Source: a virus
Length of the DNA stretch: 56,298 nt
Virus record (IMG/VR): IMGVR_UViG_3300021254_000002
Reading direction: 5' to 3' (one strand)
The notes below the pieces were generated by a model, which was not told the origin of the DNA, ran no database searches, and worked only from the letters and a program-made list of their open reading frames with translations. The position numbers and the translations under genes are program-made. Below are positions 43,122 through 53,448 of this stretch, one piece after another. Numbering within the stretch: position 1 is the first letter of the stretch; every line of letters begins with the position of its first letter.

Positions 43122-44369
43122 TTACTCGTTGAAGATCAGTGTCACTGTCTCGTTGTTAGCGTTCTTGAACGTGAGTTCAGTGTCAGTTCTTCCGATCGTT
43201 GCATGTCCGATCTTGTAGACACTTGACTGTTGTGTCTCGTAGCCGATGTCGCAGAAGTCATCTGCTGACTCCTTGCCGAATGCGGCTCGTTCCAGATCGA
43301 TGACAGTCTTACAGCCGACGGACTGATACTGCTTAGTGTTCAGAGTGTTCGTCTTAGTGAACCAACGGACGCTGATCACTGGCTGCGGGTAGTCCATGAC
43401 GTTTCCGTTGTAGTCAACTCCCAATTCCTCGAAGTAGTACTTGTCAGTAGGAAGCGCGTCGTTCCAGTGCTTTGCATGTACTTTGTACTCTGGATAAGCA
43501 CGATCGACAGAGATCGCCTGCGTAGCGACTACTTGCGAGTTGTAGACAAGCTTGATGATGAAGTTGTCTTTCTCGATCAGTCGAAGATCCAGTTGAAGCA
43601 GTGCGTTCGTAAATTGCAGGATCTCGCGTCCGTTCGCAGTGATCTGTGTCTGCGTGCCGCCAGAGAGACGGAAAAGCTGCAAAGAGTAAGCGTCGGAAGG
43701 TGTTGCGCCACCCTGCAAGACGAAGATCGGAATGTTGCACAGATAGCTTTTCGAGTTCGTCAGCGAAGCGACAGTAGCGTTGCCGACAGAGATCCCATGA
43801 GCGATCTTGTACTGATATTCCAGAAGCTTGTCTTCGAACGGATTGTAGAGAATAGCGTTCGATGTACCGATCTGCAAAGACCACTGACTTTTCGCTCTGT
43901 CCGTCGTTGACAAGATCACAGTGTCCGTCTCGACATCGATGTTCGTTCCAGTGCGTATGTCAGCGAACTTCGCTTTCATAGACAGCACGAAACGCTCTGA
44001 CGATGACAGATTGCGATAGATCGTGATCGATCCGCGCATGTCCGCGCCAGTAGAGTCGATAGAATACTTGTTCGTCCAGTCGTTGAGCGTGCTGATGTCT
44101 GCGCCATTGACGTACCAGTGAATGTCAGAGAGATACTGATTCGTGTTCTGATTCGTCCACGATGTATCTTCCGCGCCAGTCATGACAAGCGGACGTATGA
44201 CGCAGGGTGTTCCTGCGCCCCCGACAGTGCCGCCACGATCTGGCTGATACGTTCCGCTGTCTGGATCGTAGATCTGATTCAGCGGACTTGTCGCGGACGT
44301 GTAGCAGTACAGCGAGACAAGAACGTTCAGCGGTGCAAAATCGCGTCTGATTCTGATTTGATTTTCCAT
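43122..44369 (-). CDS. Tail/baseplate structural protein (415 aa)
   Basis: Long ORF downstream of the Tal-like gene. Confidence 0.6.
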   Translation of the reverse strand: MENQIRIRRDFAPLNVLVSLYCYTSATSPLNQIYDPDSGTYQPDRGGTVGGAGTPCVIRPLVMTGAEDTSWTNQNTNQYLSDIHWYVNGADISTLNDWTNKYSIDSTGADMRGSITIYRNLSSSERFVLSMKAKFADIRTGTNIDVETDTVILSTTDRAKSQWSLQIGTSNAILYNPFEDKLLEYQYKIAHGISVGNATVASLTNSKSYLCNIPIFVLQGGATPSDAYSLQLFRLSGGTQTQITANGREILQFTNALLQLDLRLIEKDNFIIKLVYNSQVVATQAISVDRAYPEYKVHAKHWNDALPTDKYYFEELGVDYNGNVMDYPQPVISVRWFTKTNTLNTKQYQSVGCKTVIDLERAAFGKESADDFCDIGYETQQSSVYKIGHATIGRTDTELTFKNANNETVTLIFNE

Positions 44370-44381
44370 ATTCCTTGTTTA

Positions 44382-47204
44382 TTAATTGTTATATTCTGAC
44401 GGATCGACGGTTACGCTGCCAGTAGCCGTGTTCCCCTGCTCATTCGTTGCCGTGAAGTTGAACTGCGTAGACAAGATCGCTGCTGCGAGATCTGCTTCCG
44501 TTATGACAAGCGTTCCTGCGAAGTCTGTGTGCGCATTGTTCCAGACTGCATCTGCGCCAGTGTTGCCAGATTCGCGTGTGACAGTCCAGTGGGTGACTTG
44601 ACTTGTCACGTCTTCGTTGTAGCCGTTGTAGACCTTGCAGACAAGTGTCTTCGTCTCTCCGTCGCCCATGAAGTTGTCGCCACCAGAGTCGATCAGCATG
44701 TAGTAGCGCGAGTTCACGATCTGTTCGATGCGTCCAGTGAGATAGATGTTGTTCAGATACGCTGAATATCCAGTCATGTCGAGACCGAAGATCGAAAGAT
44801 TCGAGAGATCGCCAGTCTGCATTGCGATATTGTTCACGTCCCACTCCCATGATGTCTGATTGATCAGATAGCGCGTGTACGTCTTCGTGTTGAACTTGCA
44901 CTTCTGACGTGACGTGTTCGTAGGATTCGCGTAGCAAGCGAACGTCATGAATGCGTGCGGGTGCTTCGGGTACGGATGACGCGTTGACACTGCACGCAGC
45001 ACGTACTTGAATTCCGAGTTGTGGACTGTGTCCGTGATCTCCGTGATGCGGAAGTATGACGTGTAGAAGCCTGCGAAACGGAAGTTTCCGCGTCCGTCAT
45101 CGTAGTCATCGGAAGAATTGTCCGCTGCGACCTCCGAGTGATAGATTCCCATGCAGAGATCATCTTCCGCGATCGCTCCGTATTCTCCGTCTTCGAGTTT
45201 CAGCTTGATCGTTCCAGTGTTAAGCAGATTTCCTTCTTCGTCTTCGTCGATCGTGACAGACTCGATGATGCCTGCGCCAAACGTAGTCCATGAGTTGCCG
45301 ACTTCTATATCTGTGCGATTGTATCGCAGTTCTGGAACTTCCAAGAACTCGCGAAGGATCAGAGACTTCAACTCTGCGTCAGCGTCGCCAGTGATGCGTC
45401 CACCGATGCCTCCGACGATGCCTGCGACGAAGTTCTGCCCGAACTGTGCTCCTTGAATATGTCTGGACTGCTTCTCGAAAGTGATCGCGCCTGCTGCCGT
45501 ATCGTCTGCGTCCTTGCGCAAGAACATGCGACGCGCCTTTGCTGATGTGAGTGCGCCTGCGCTGTTGCTGTTGACAACGTATGTCAGTTGTCCGAGCGCG
45601 TCAGTGACAAGCTTCACTTCCTCGCGTAGCGTTGTCGTTGACCCTGCTATGCGGTCTTCTCCGATCTTGATTTCCTGCTTGTAAGGAATAGCGAGATTCG
45701 TCTTCACTGACAAGACGCGTGTGTCGTAGCTGTAAGCGCGATTTTTGTACGTCACAGCTTGTCCGACATGCAGGATCAGAGAGTCTTTCTTGAACTGCAC
45801 AGCGTTCGAGTTGAACGTGTAGTTGTTCAGATCCAGAAGCATCTTCGCGATCTCCACGTCAAGCGTGTCTGCAAGTTCTGCCTGCGATGACTTGACGTAT
45901 TCAGCAGGCATCTTGATATTGAACAGTGTGACACTGTCTCCGTTCGTCGGTACAAGATACTGTTTCGCAGGAATGATCGCCCCATTCTGTTCAACAAAGA
46001 TGATCTCGTAGTCGCCTGCAAGTATGTTGAAGTTGCCAGAGACGCTGTCAACTGTCTCTGCGTGTTCGTGCCATGCAAGTTCAAACTCGCGATCAAGAAG
46101 ATTTCCGCTGTTGAAGTGAACGGAAAGCGTCAGTCCTGCGATTATAAGATCAGTAGACATATTGAAGTTCGCGATCTGGAAGTACCAGATTGCGTATGTC
46201 TCATAGATTGGGTTGTGCTGTTCGTCTTCTCCGATCTGGATCTTGTTTCCGTCTTCGTCAAGACGATACATCAGTCTGCTTCGAACGTTGGAGATCGAGA
46301 GTGCAGAACGCGGATAGATGCCTTCGAAGACGATGCTGATAGGAAAGACTTCGCCACGCGCAAGATCAGAGACGAATTCGCCAGTGACAGCGTCGAAGTG
46401 TCCGCTGATGTCCTTGTAGCCTTGCGGATAGATGTCTGGATCGAGCGTCAAGTGCTTCGTGACGCTGCTGTTCGTCGCAGCACCGTTGTAGTCCTGCGTG
46501 ATATTGCGCGATGATCCGTAAGCGTAGAAGCGCGTGTAGTACTTGTCACGCGTGTTCTGGACGTTCGGATGATTGATATTCTTTGAGACTTCAAGCGTGA
46601 GATCGTCGTAGTAGCCAGTGAGATCTGCATCAAACTGCGCCTTACCGAAGTAGATAGTGTTCGATTTGAGATCTGCGTGCCACTCTGTTTCAAAAGCTTC
46701 CGCAATCATATTCAGTCCAGACATGATCGTCACGTTGCTGAATGTCAGATCGACGTACTTGTTCACGATGTTGTCTGCGATGTTCGCGTGCCAGATCTCG
46801 CCAGTCTCATAGAGTATGCTGTTGCAGACAGCTACGAGAAAGTCCACTGGACGCGCTGTGAGAGACCAGTCGAATTCCTTTGACTGGATGACGTTTTGTG
46901 CGCTGAAAGTGTACCAGAAGAAGGGCTGACGATCCCACAGCATTGCTCTGGACTTGAAGACTGGCTCATATTTGAATCGCTTGTCATCAGTCTGATCTGG
47001 TGTGTACGGATCTGCAAGCGTGTAACGCTCATTGTTGACTCTGATGTACGATCCTTGCGGAAGACGTACAAGCGAGCCGTAGACGAATGACAGCGTTATA
47101 TCGTCACGCTTCATCAGTTCTTCTGTGTGCTCACAGTTCTCATTCAGAAGCACGTCGAAGACTTCCACGTCGGACGTATTATAGATCTTGATTCTCTCTG
47201 ACAT
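44382..47204 (-). CDS. Tail tip / Tal-like protein (940 aa)
   Basis: Size and position after the Dit-like gene. Confidence 0.7.
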   Translation of the reverse strand: MSERIKIYNTSDVEVFDVLLNENCEHTEELMKRDDITLSFVYGSLVRLPQGSYIRVNNERYTLADPYTPDQTDDKRFKYEPVFKSRAMLWDRQPFFWYTFSAQNVIQSKEFDWSLTARPVDFLVAVCNSILYETGEIWHANIADNIVNKYVDLTFSNVTIMSGLNMIAEAFETEWHADLKSNTIYFGKAQFDADLTGYYDDLTLEVSKNINHPNVQNTRDKYYTRFYAYGSSRNITQDYNGAATNSSVTKHLTLDPDIYPQGYKDISGHFDAVTGEFVSDLARGEVFPISIVFEGIYPRSALSISNVRSRLMYRLDEDGNKIQIGEDEQHNPIYETYAIWYFQIANFNMSTDLIIAGLTLSVHFNSGNLLDREFELAWHEHAETVDSVSGNFNILAGDYEIIFVEQNGAIIPAKQYLVPTNGDSVTLFNIKMPAEYVKSSQAELADTLDVEIAKMLLDLNNYTFNSNAVQFKKDSLILHVGQAVTYKNRAYSYDTRVLSVKTNLAIPYKQEIKIGEDRIAGSTTTLREEVKLVTDALGQLTYVVNSNSAGALTSAKARRMFLRKDADDTAAGAITFEKQSRHIQGAQFGQNFVAGIVGGIGGRITGDADAELKSLILREFLEVPELRYNRTDIEVGNSWTTFGAGIIESVTIDEDEEGNLLNTGTIKLKLEDGEYGAIAEDDLCMGIYHSEVAADNSSDDYDDGRGNFRFAGFYTSYFRITEITDTVHNSEFKYVLRAVSTRHPYPKHPHAFMTFACYANPTNTSRQKCKFNTKTYTRYLINQTSWEWDVNNIAMQTGDLSNLSIFGLDMTGYSAYLNNIYLTGRIEQIVNSRYYMLIDSGGDNFMGDGETKTLVCKVYNGYNEDVTSQVTHWTVTRESGNTGADAVWNNAHTDFAGTLVITEADLAAAILSTQFNFTATNEQGNTATGSVTVDPSEYNN

Positions 47205-47209
47205 AGTCT

Positions 47210-47665
47210 TTAGCTGTTATTGTTCGATTCTGATTCCGTGATGTCCGTCTGTGCTCTGTTCTTTGGATTCGGTTCTTCCAGAGTCAGCGCGAACTTCGCA
47301 TTGCGCTTGAAGAATGTCTGGAACTGCTTGCAGTCATGATATACGAAGCGGAAGTACACTGTCTTAGGATCAGTGATCTTGATGACGATCTTCTGCTTTT
47401 CCAGTTCTGCACAGAATGCGTCGTACTTCGTAAGGAAGTCCGCTTCACTCGCTGCTGTCATGTTCAGCGTCAACTGGATCGTGCGTGACTCGACTTTCGG
47501 ATCTTCGTCGTAGAACACTTCTTTTCCGTCAGCGATGACGCTCTCATTCTCGATCGGCTTCTTCACTGCAAGCGGTGTCAGAAGTGCTGTCAGAGACTTC
47601 TGATCGAGATAGATCCCGAACTGCGTATATGAGTTCACTCCGTTGATTTCAAATGCTCCTATCAT
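47210..47665 (-). CDS. Distal tail protein (Dit-like)
   Basis: 151 aa, immediately after the tape measure gene. Confidence 0.6.
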   Translation of the reverse strand: MIGAFEINGVNSYTQFGIYLDQKSLTALLTPLAVKKPIENESVIADGKEVFYDEDPKVESRTIQLTLNMTAASEADFLTKYDAFCAELEKQKIVIKITDPKTVYFRFVYHDCKQFQTFFKRNAKFALTLEEPNPKNRAQTDITESESNNNS

Positions 47666-47671
47666 AGCTAT

Positions 47672-50600
47672 TTATGAGTTTTGTTCGACGATTCGTTTGA
47701 TCTTGCTTAGATCGCTTTCTATTCGCGGAAGACTGTTCGAATTCCGTGATATGTTTTCAAGATAAGTCTGACAGTTGAAGATAAACTCGTTCGTTGCTTC
47801 CAGAAGCGACATTGTGAGCGACTGATTCTGTGCGATCACTGGAATCTGATCGATCACGAAGTCTGCAAGACGCGTTGTCTGCATAAGCTGTGCTGTCTCA
47901 CGTCCGAGTAGTGCAGTGCCAGTTTCCTCGCTGACTGTCTCGTAGCCACCGCGTGAAGCTTCCTGACTGTTGGAACTGCTGCTGTCATATCCAGTGACGC
48001 GTGCGAGTTCGTCACGGATGCGTATTGCTTCCTTGACATATCCTTCGTATTCCGTCTGCAACGCAGTGCGCTCCGAGTCAGAGAGTGTTCCGTCAGACAT
48101 GTTAGTAGCGAACTTCTCGTACCAAGATTTCAGCTTTTCAGAGTACAGTTTTCCGATCTCGTTCGACAGCATAGCCTGCATAAACATCTTCGAGACATCT
48201 TTCGAGAAGTTCTCTGTCTTCGATTCCATATCCATAAGCATGCTGACGAAGTTGTCGTAGATCGTGTCGAAAGTCGTTGCTGTCTGCTGTTCGCGTATAG
48301 CGTCCTGCATTTCCTCAATACGCTTCGATCCTTCTATGATCTTGTTCAAGTAGTCGCGGACATCACCGTCAAGCTTCGCCCAGAAAGTAGGTGCAGTTTC
48401 CTGCAACTTCTTCAACTGTTCGAGAGAGAGATCAAAAAGTCCAGTCATACGTCCGTCTGCAACTTCCTCATAGCTGAATCCTGCTTCTCTCGCTGCTTTG
48501 CGTAGTTCCTGCCAACCTTCGTATGACATGCCGTTGCGGATGCGCACACCGATAGAGTGAGAGCCCATAGACGCTCCAGAGTTCAGACGCTCTTTTCCGA
48601 GTGTGCGATATGCTTCGATCTCCTTGTCTATCAGAGAAAGTGCTTCTTTTCCGACAGCTTGAATCTCTGATCCGTAAGAGATCTTCAAGTATTCAGTCTT
48701 ACGATCGATAAGAATATCCCAGACATCGATCAGTCCGTTGTATTCCTCGACCATTGCATTGTACTGCGAATAGTCTGCGCCAAAGAGTCCGTCAAGCGCG
48801 TTTACGACTTGTCCGATACCTTGAACGGCTGACATTGCACCGCCTACGATGTCGCCAGACATCATCTGTCCGACTCCCGCGCCTGCTGTTGCGATACCTC
48901 CGAGTCCGTCCATGATTCCTTGAAGCTTTGAGTCATCGAAGCCGAAGATCGTTCCGAGACTTGAACTGAAATCTTTCAGAGACGGAAGGAAAGAGTTTAT
49001 ATCGCCTGCAAGCGATGTGATCGCGTTGCCGTAGTCGCCTACGCTCTTAGCTTTCTTGAACTGATCGAAAGTCTCATTCAGATTCGATTTGAACGACTGG
49101 AAAGCGGACTTGTCTTTCAGAACGTTTTTCAGTTCGCGGATGCGCTCTGTGACTTCCTTGATAGAGATCGATCCGTCTTGAATCTTCTTGATTTCGTCAT
49201 CAGTGAAGCCGAGAGATTTTAGATCAGCTTGCGAGATCACTTTGTCGGACGTGCTTAGAGCGTTTCCAGAAGCGTCCATGATCTTGCCGTTCTTTCCTTC
49301 CATGAAGTTGATCAGCGTCTCGTACTTCTTGATGATCTTGTCGATCTCCGAGACAGACTTTCTGGAAGTGTCAGCGAACAGATCTGCCATAGACTGTGCA
49401 GCGAGTCCGAACTTCTGTTCAAGCTGTGCAAGACGTTCGTTCTGCTGTTCCTCTGCCATGCGTGCTGCTGCTTCGTCGCCAATAGCGCGTGCAGTATTGA
49501 TCTTTTCCGTGAATTCCTCTGTGATCGCAAGTCGCTGCTGCTGATAAGTGCCGTACTGCTGCAAGTACTCGTTCCAAGACTTGCGTATTTGCTCGTTGGC
49601 TTCTCTCTGTTGCGCGATCTCCGTCTGTGCGATCAAGTTATCATACGCGGACGTATCGACGCTTCCTGCGTCGCCTTTGAACGTCTGCTTGCGATACTTC
49701 TTGTCCTTTGCTTTCTTCAAGTCTTCCTGCGCGTCGAAGATCTCCTTCTGCGCCTGCAAAGTAGCGTTGATGAAGTCCTGCTTCTGCTTTTTCAGAGACT
49801 CGATCTGCAACTTATTGTTCAGTTCACGCTGTCTGCGCTCGCGCTCGCCTGCGTCTTCAAGTCCGTTGATGACAGCTTGTTCAGTAGCGTTCTGCATATC
49901 CAGAAGCTTCTGCTTGCGATCTTGCTCGCCTTGAAGCATAAGCTGATCGATGCGTTCCTGCGTAGAACGGATCTGTTCGTATCGCTGTGCTGCTTCGTTT
50001 GCAGCCTGCTTCGCGTCGTTCGCAGCCTTAGTCTTCTGCTGTTGTGCTTTGCGCTGCTGTGCTTCGATGTCGATTCCGACGGACTTCAATCCAGACTTCG
50101 CTTCGTCAAGACGCTTGTTTGCAGCCTGCCACTCGACTTCCGACTTCTTGCGTGCAGCTTCCTCTGCTGCTACGGCTGCGTTGTACTCTGTCATAGCGTC
50201 TTTCTGCGCTTGCTCATGAGACTTCGCAGTCATGCCTTGCAGACGCTTAGACTCGCGCTCTGCATCGTCGTAGGCTTTCTTTGCGCTGTTATAGTCGAAG
50301 ATCAGTTGCAGTGGGATCTGATACCACGGATTTTCGCGAACTTTCTCTTGCTCCGACTGCATTTCCGCTTCAAGCTTGTCGAAGACTGCTTTCGCGTCTG
50401 CGAGAGTCTTCGATGCGTCAGAGATCTTCACGTCAAGCGGACGGTTTTCCTTCTCTGCCTGCTGACGTGCTTTCTCATATTCCGCAAGCTGCTTCTTGTA
50501 CTCTGCGAGTGCTGACTTAGCTTTCGCGATCTGTGACGCGAATTGAGAGACAGCTATTTGAGATCCTTGTGTAGCTGCTGTTGCAGCAGAATTCATTGCA

Positions 50601-52090
50601 GATTCCAGACCTTTGATCTTTCCTTCTGTGTCGCTGATATTCTTCTGCAACATTGCGTACTTCGTATCGTCAAGCTGCTTGTTCAGTTCCTTCGCAGCGT
50701 TCGCAGCGTCCAGTGTCGCAAGTTCCTGCTGTGAGTACTTGTCCGTCAGTGTAGGCGCAAGCGACTGCAACTCTCTGTACGCTTCTGCCTGCTGTACGGC
50801 TGTTGCGTTAGAGTCCTGCACAGTCTTGATCAGAGACTCGATCTTCTGTCTGCGTTCGTCAAGTAGCTGCTGCTGACGTTCAAGCTGATCGTTCGCTGCT
50901 TTGACTCCCTTTTCCTGCGCTGATTCAGCAGTAGCGAGTTTGTAGACAGCGTAGACCATGCCGACGATCGCTGCTGTTGCGAGCACGTAAGGATTCGTGA
51001 GTGCTACTCCGAGTCCAGACATAGACGCTTTCAGACGTGTCTGTGCTGCTGCAAGCAGTGTAGACGTAGCGGCTGCGCGTGCTTGCTCGATAGATAGCGT
51101 ATGTCCTGCCTTTGCAGCGAGAGCCATTTGAAGTGCTGCTTCCGCTTCGACAGCAGAGTGCGCTGCCTGCACAGCAGTTTGCAGCATGATCGCAGCTTTG
51201 TATGATCCGTAAGCTGCTACGAGCGTCATGAGGATCTTTCCGATCGTCTCGTAGTTCTCGACAAGCGTAGCGACACCAGAGATTCCTGCGCTGATCATTC
51301 CCTGCGTGTCCTTGCCGATAGAGTTGAACATTGAGTCGATTGCGTCTTCCAGATTCGAAAGCTGTCCTGCGATAGTCTGTGACTGCTTTTCCATGAGTCC
51401 GTAGAACTTGCCGCCCTCGTTAGTCATAGACTCGATAGCTTTCTTCACTTCCTCTGCGCCTACTTTGCCCGCAGTGACAAGTTCCCCGACTTGATCCTTT
51501 GCGACTCCGAACTGCTTCGCGAGTTCGTCAGCAAGCGGAATTCCTCGACCCATGAACTGACGAAGATCCTGCGTGAACATTCTGCCCTGCGTCATTGTAG
51601 TTCCGTACAGCATGACAAGATCTCCAAGCGGGATCGACAGTCCAGATGCTATGTTTCCAAGACGGATCAGCATGTCGTTGACTTCGTTCGCTGCTGTTCC
51701 GTATGCAAGTAGCTGCTTCGCTCCGTCTGCGACTCCCTTCAAGTCGAAAGGTGTCGTTGCAGCAGTCTTCGTCAACTGCTTCATCAGAGCGTCAGCTTCC
51801 TTTGCGCTGCCAAGCATGACTTCGAAAGCGACTTCAAGCTTCTGGAACTCTCCGCGCACTTTCATGATCTGCGTGCCGAATTCCTTCAAAGTCGCTGCTA
51901 TGCCGATAGCTGCGAAAGCCTTGCCGATATTCTTCGCAGCAGAGTTGAACGAGTTGTCTACGACTTCGCCCTGCTGCTGTGCTTCCTGCCCGATCTCATG
52001 AAAGATGTTCACGACATCTTGCTTGTCACGATTCATCTGCTTGTGATCAAGCGTGACCGCGTATGATACTGATCCGTTATCGTTGTTCAT
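47672..52090 (-). CDS. Tail tape measure protein (1472 aa)
   Basis: Very long A/Q/K/E-rich coiled-coil protein after the chaperone pair. Confidence 0.9.
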   Translation of the reverse strand: MNNDNGSVSYAVTLDHKQMNRDKQDVVNIFHEIGQEAQQQGEVVDNSFNSAAKNIGKAFAAIGIAATLKEFGTQIMKVRGEFQKLEVAFEVMLGSAKEADALMKQLTKTAATTPFDLKGVADGAKQLLAYGTAANEVNDMLIRLGNIASGLSIPLGDLVMLYGTTMTQGRMFTQDLRQFMGRGIPLADELAKQFGVAKDQVGELVTAGKVGAEEVKKAIESMTNEGGKFYGLMEKQSQTIAGQLSNLEDAIDSMFNSIGKDTQGMISAGISGVATLVENYETIGKILMTLVAAYGSYKAAIMLQTAVQAAHSAVEAEAALQMALAAKAGHTLSIEQARAAATSTLLAAAQTRLKASMSGLGVALTNPYVLATAAIVGMVYAVYKLATAESAQEKGVKAANDQLERQQQLLDERRQKIESLIKTVQDSNATAVQQAEAYRELQSLAPTLTDKYSQQELATLDAANAAKELNKQLDDTKYAMLQKNISDTEGKIKGLESAMNSAATAATQGSQIAVSQFASQIAKAKSALAEYKKQLAEYEKARQQAEKENRPLDVKISDASKTLADAKAVFDKLEAEMQSEQEKVRENPWYQIPLQLIFDYNSAKKAYDDAERESKRLQGMTAKSHEQAQKDAMTEYNAAVAAEEAARKKSEVEWQAANKRLDEAKSGLKSVGIDIEAQQRKAQQQKTKAANDAKQAANEAAQRYEQIRSTQERIDQLMLQGEQDRKQKLLDMQNATEQAVINGLEDAGERERRQRELNNKLQIESLKKQKQDFINATLQAQKEIFDAQEDLKKAKDKKYRKQTFKGDAGSVDTSAYDNLIAQTEIAQQREANEQIRKSWNEYLQQYGTYQQQRLAITEEFTEKINTARAIGDEAAARMAEEQQNERLAQLEQKFGLAAQSMADLFADTSRKSVSEIDKIIKKYETLINFMEGKNGKIMDASGNALSTSDKVISQADLKSLGFTDDEIKKIQDGSISIKEVTERIRELKNVLKDKSAFQSFKSNLNETFDQFKKAKSVGDYGNAITSLAGDINSFLPSLKDFSSSLGTIFGFDDSKLQGIMDGLGGIATAGAGVGQMMSGDIVGGAMSAVQGIGQVVNALDGLFGADYSQYNAMVEEYNGLIDVWDILIDRKTEYLKISYGSEIQAVGKEALSLIDKEIEAYRTLGKERLNSGASMGSHSIGVRIRNGMSYEGWQELRKAAREAGFSYEEVADGRMTGLFDLSLEQLKKLQETAPTFWAKLDGDVRDYLNKIIEGSKRIEEMQDAIREQQTATTFDTIYDNFVSMLMDMESKTENFSKDVSKMFMQAMLSNEIGKLYSEKLKSWYEKFATNMSDGTLSDSERTALQTEYEGYVKEAIRIRDELARVTGYDSSSSNSQEASRGGYETVSEETGTALLGRETAQLMQTTRLADFVIDQIPVIAQNQSLTMSLLEATNEFIFNCQTYLENISRNSNSLPRIESDLSKIKRIVEQNS

Positions 52091-52093
52091 ATA

Positions 52094-52809
52094 CTATTTT
52101 AATCCTTTGAATGGGTTTGTTACGTCACCTTCCGCGAGACCCTTGAAGTTGTTCGGATTGTTAGCGTCGAGAGATTCATCCCAATCGTCTTCGTCTGAAT
52201 CGTAGGTAGGTGTAGCGAAGCCATACATGATCATGTTCTCGTATGTCATCGAATGCAGAACGTAGTCTGGTGTCACTCCGAGATTCTTGCATGCTCCGAG
52301 TATCATTGACCAGATCGAGTCGTTCAGTCTACCACCTCGCTTCTTGCCTTTGTTGGCTTTAGAATGTTCGCTTCCGCAAGCGAAGTGGTAAGCCCGAAAA
52401 AACTTCCGATCTCCAACTTCGTGAGTCTTCCAGTGATCAGCATTTCGAGTTCTTTCGGACTGTATTCAAGAAGAATGTTCTGTGCTACATAGTCAGTTTC
52501 ATCGATCTCTACGCTCTCGACAGATACTTTGCGATGTTCCAGAACGCGCTTCGCTCCGAGTATGAGCACTGCTGCGATGCGTCCGATGATCTTAGTGTCC
52601 TTTGCGACGCGTAGGACTTCATAGACGATATTCTCTGGATCTACGTCTCTGACTTCTGGGATCTGCGAGATCAGTTCAGAGCACATGATGACTGTTGCGA
52701 CAGTAGGCTTCGAGACTTCGTAGTCTTGTCCTGCGACAGTGAACGTCTCTGATCCGCTTTGCAGGATCGCTTCTGCTGTCTTCGTTTCGATTGTCTTCTT
52801 GTTTGCCAT
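52094..52809 (-). CDS. Tail assembly chaperone GT-like fusion made by a -1 frameshift
   Basis: The -1 frame is open from the slippery site to the stop at 52094. ORF 52094..52306 is the annotated tail of that frame. Confidence 0.65.
52324..52809 (-). CDS. Tail assembly chaperone (G-like, frame 0 product)
   Basis: 161 aa, between the tail tube and tape measure genes. It contains the slippery heptamer. Confidence 0.75.
   Translation of the reverse strand: MANKKTIETKTAEAILQSGSETFTVAGQDYEVSKPTVATVIMCSELISQIPEVRDVDPENIVYEVLRVAKDTKIIGRIAAVLILGAKRVLEHRKVSVESVEIDETDYVAQNILLEYSPKELEMLITGRLTKLEIGSFFGLTTSLAEANILKPTKARSEVVD
52396..52402 (-). promoter_or_regulatory. -1 programmed frameshift slippery heptamer T TTT TTC
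   Basis: Frame 0 reads GGA AGT TTT TTC GGG (..GSFFG..). This is a canonical X XXY YYZ heptamer. Confidence 0.7.
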
Positions 52810-52844
52810 GTTGTGTTATTGCTTTGAGAAAATAAAATAGGGAA

Positions 52845-52875
52845 GCGATCTGCGTGCGTGTCGCTGCCAGATCGC
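52845..52875 (-). terminator. Hairpin (partial terminator/attenuator) after the major tail gene
   Basis: 8-bp stem GCGATCTG/CAGATCGC, followed on the minus strand by a T-rich tract. Confidence 0.5.
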
Positions 52876-52920
52876 CCCCCAGTTTTAAATTATGGATATT
52901 AAAAAGTCGCTGATTTCGGA

Positions 52921-53436
52921 TCAACCTGCGCCAGTGCCGCTACCTCCGCCAGAAGACTGTGCGGTTGCAGTCTTAGTGAAGTACGAATACCAGACTCCTG
53001 CGTCAGTCTTGTGGAACTTGAACGTCAAGATTGCCTGATTACCGTTCTCCTCTGACCATGCAGGCTGATACACGATCGAACAGTTAGGTGCGGAGATACC
53101 GCGAGCACCGACGTTCTTTGGAGTCAGCTTGACTTTCCAAGCACCGTCAACGACGTGTGTCTTGATGTCATCAGACGAAGCGATTCCAAGCAGAGTCATC
53201 AGCGACTGTGTAGGCTCGATAACAGTTGTTACAAGCTGAACAGTGCCTTCCTGCTCTTCCTCTGCGACTACTTCGCCACCAGTGGCGATCATCTGCATCG
53301 TGTTTCCGACTTCGGAAGACAGCGACGAAGAATTGTTCAGAATAGTTCCGATGTCAGTCAGAGTGGGATCTCCCTCTGCGGGGATCAAGCCGATCTCGAT
53401 CTTACACTTTGACCATGCCATGATTTTCTGTGCCAT
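52921..53436 (-). CDS. Major tail (tube) protein
   Basis: 171 aa, positioned directly before the chaperone pair. Confidence 0.65.
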   Translation of the reverse strand: MAQKIMAWSKCKIEIGLIPAEGDPTLTDIGTILNNSSSLSSEVGNTMQMIATGGEVVAEEEQEGTVQLVTTVIEPTQSLMTLLGIASSDDIKTHVVDGAWKVKLTPKNVGARGISAPNCSIVYQPAWSEENGNQAILTFKFHKTDAGVWYSYFTKTATAQSSGGGSGTGAG

Positions 53437-53448
53437 ATTCTTTCAATT

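Noticed and set aside
49589-50515. Long plus-strand ORF (308 aa) and many similar antisense ORFs, for example 25494..26129, 14786..15442, 7428..8036, 17463..18035, 55272..55853, and the minus-strand ORFs 4495..5217 and 2970..3485
   Set aside because: These are shadow ORFs antisense to much longer, motif-bearing genes (tape measure, MBL hydrolase, ATPase-GNAT, MuF-ART, major capsid, methyltransferase). Their sequences are low-complexity and rich in Leu, Ser, Arg or Cys, with no start context.
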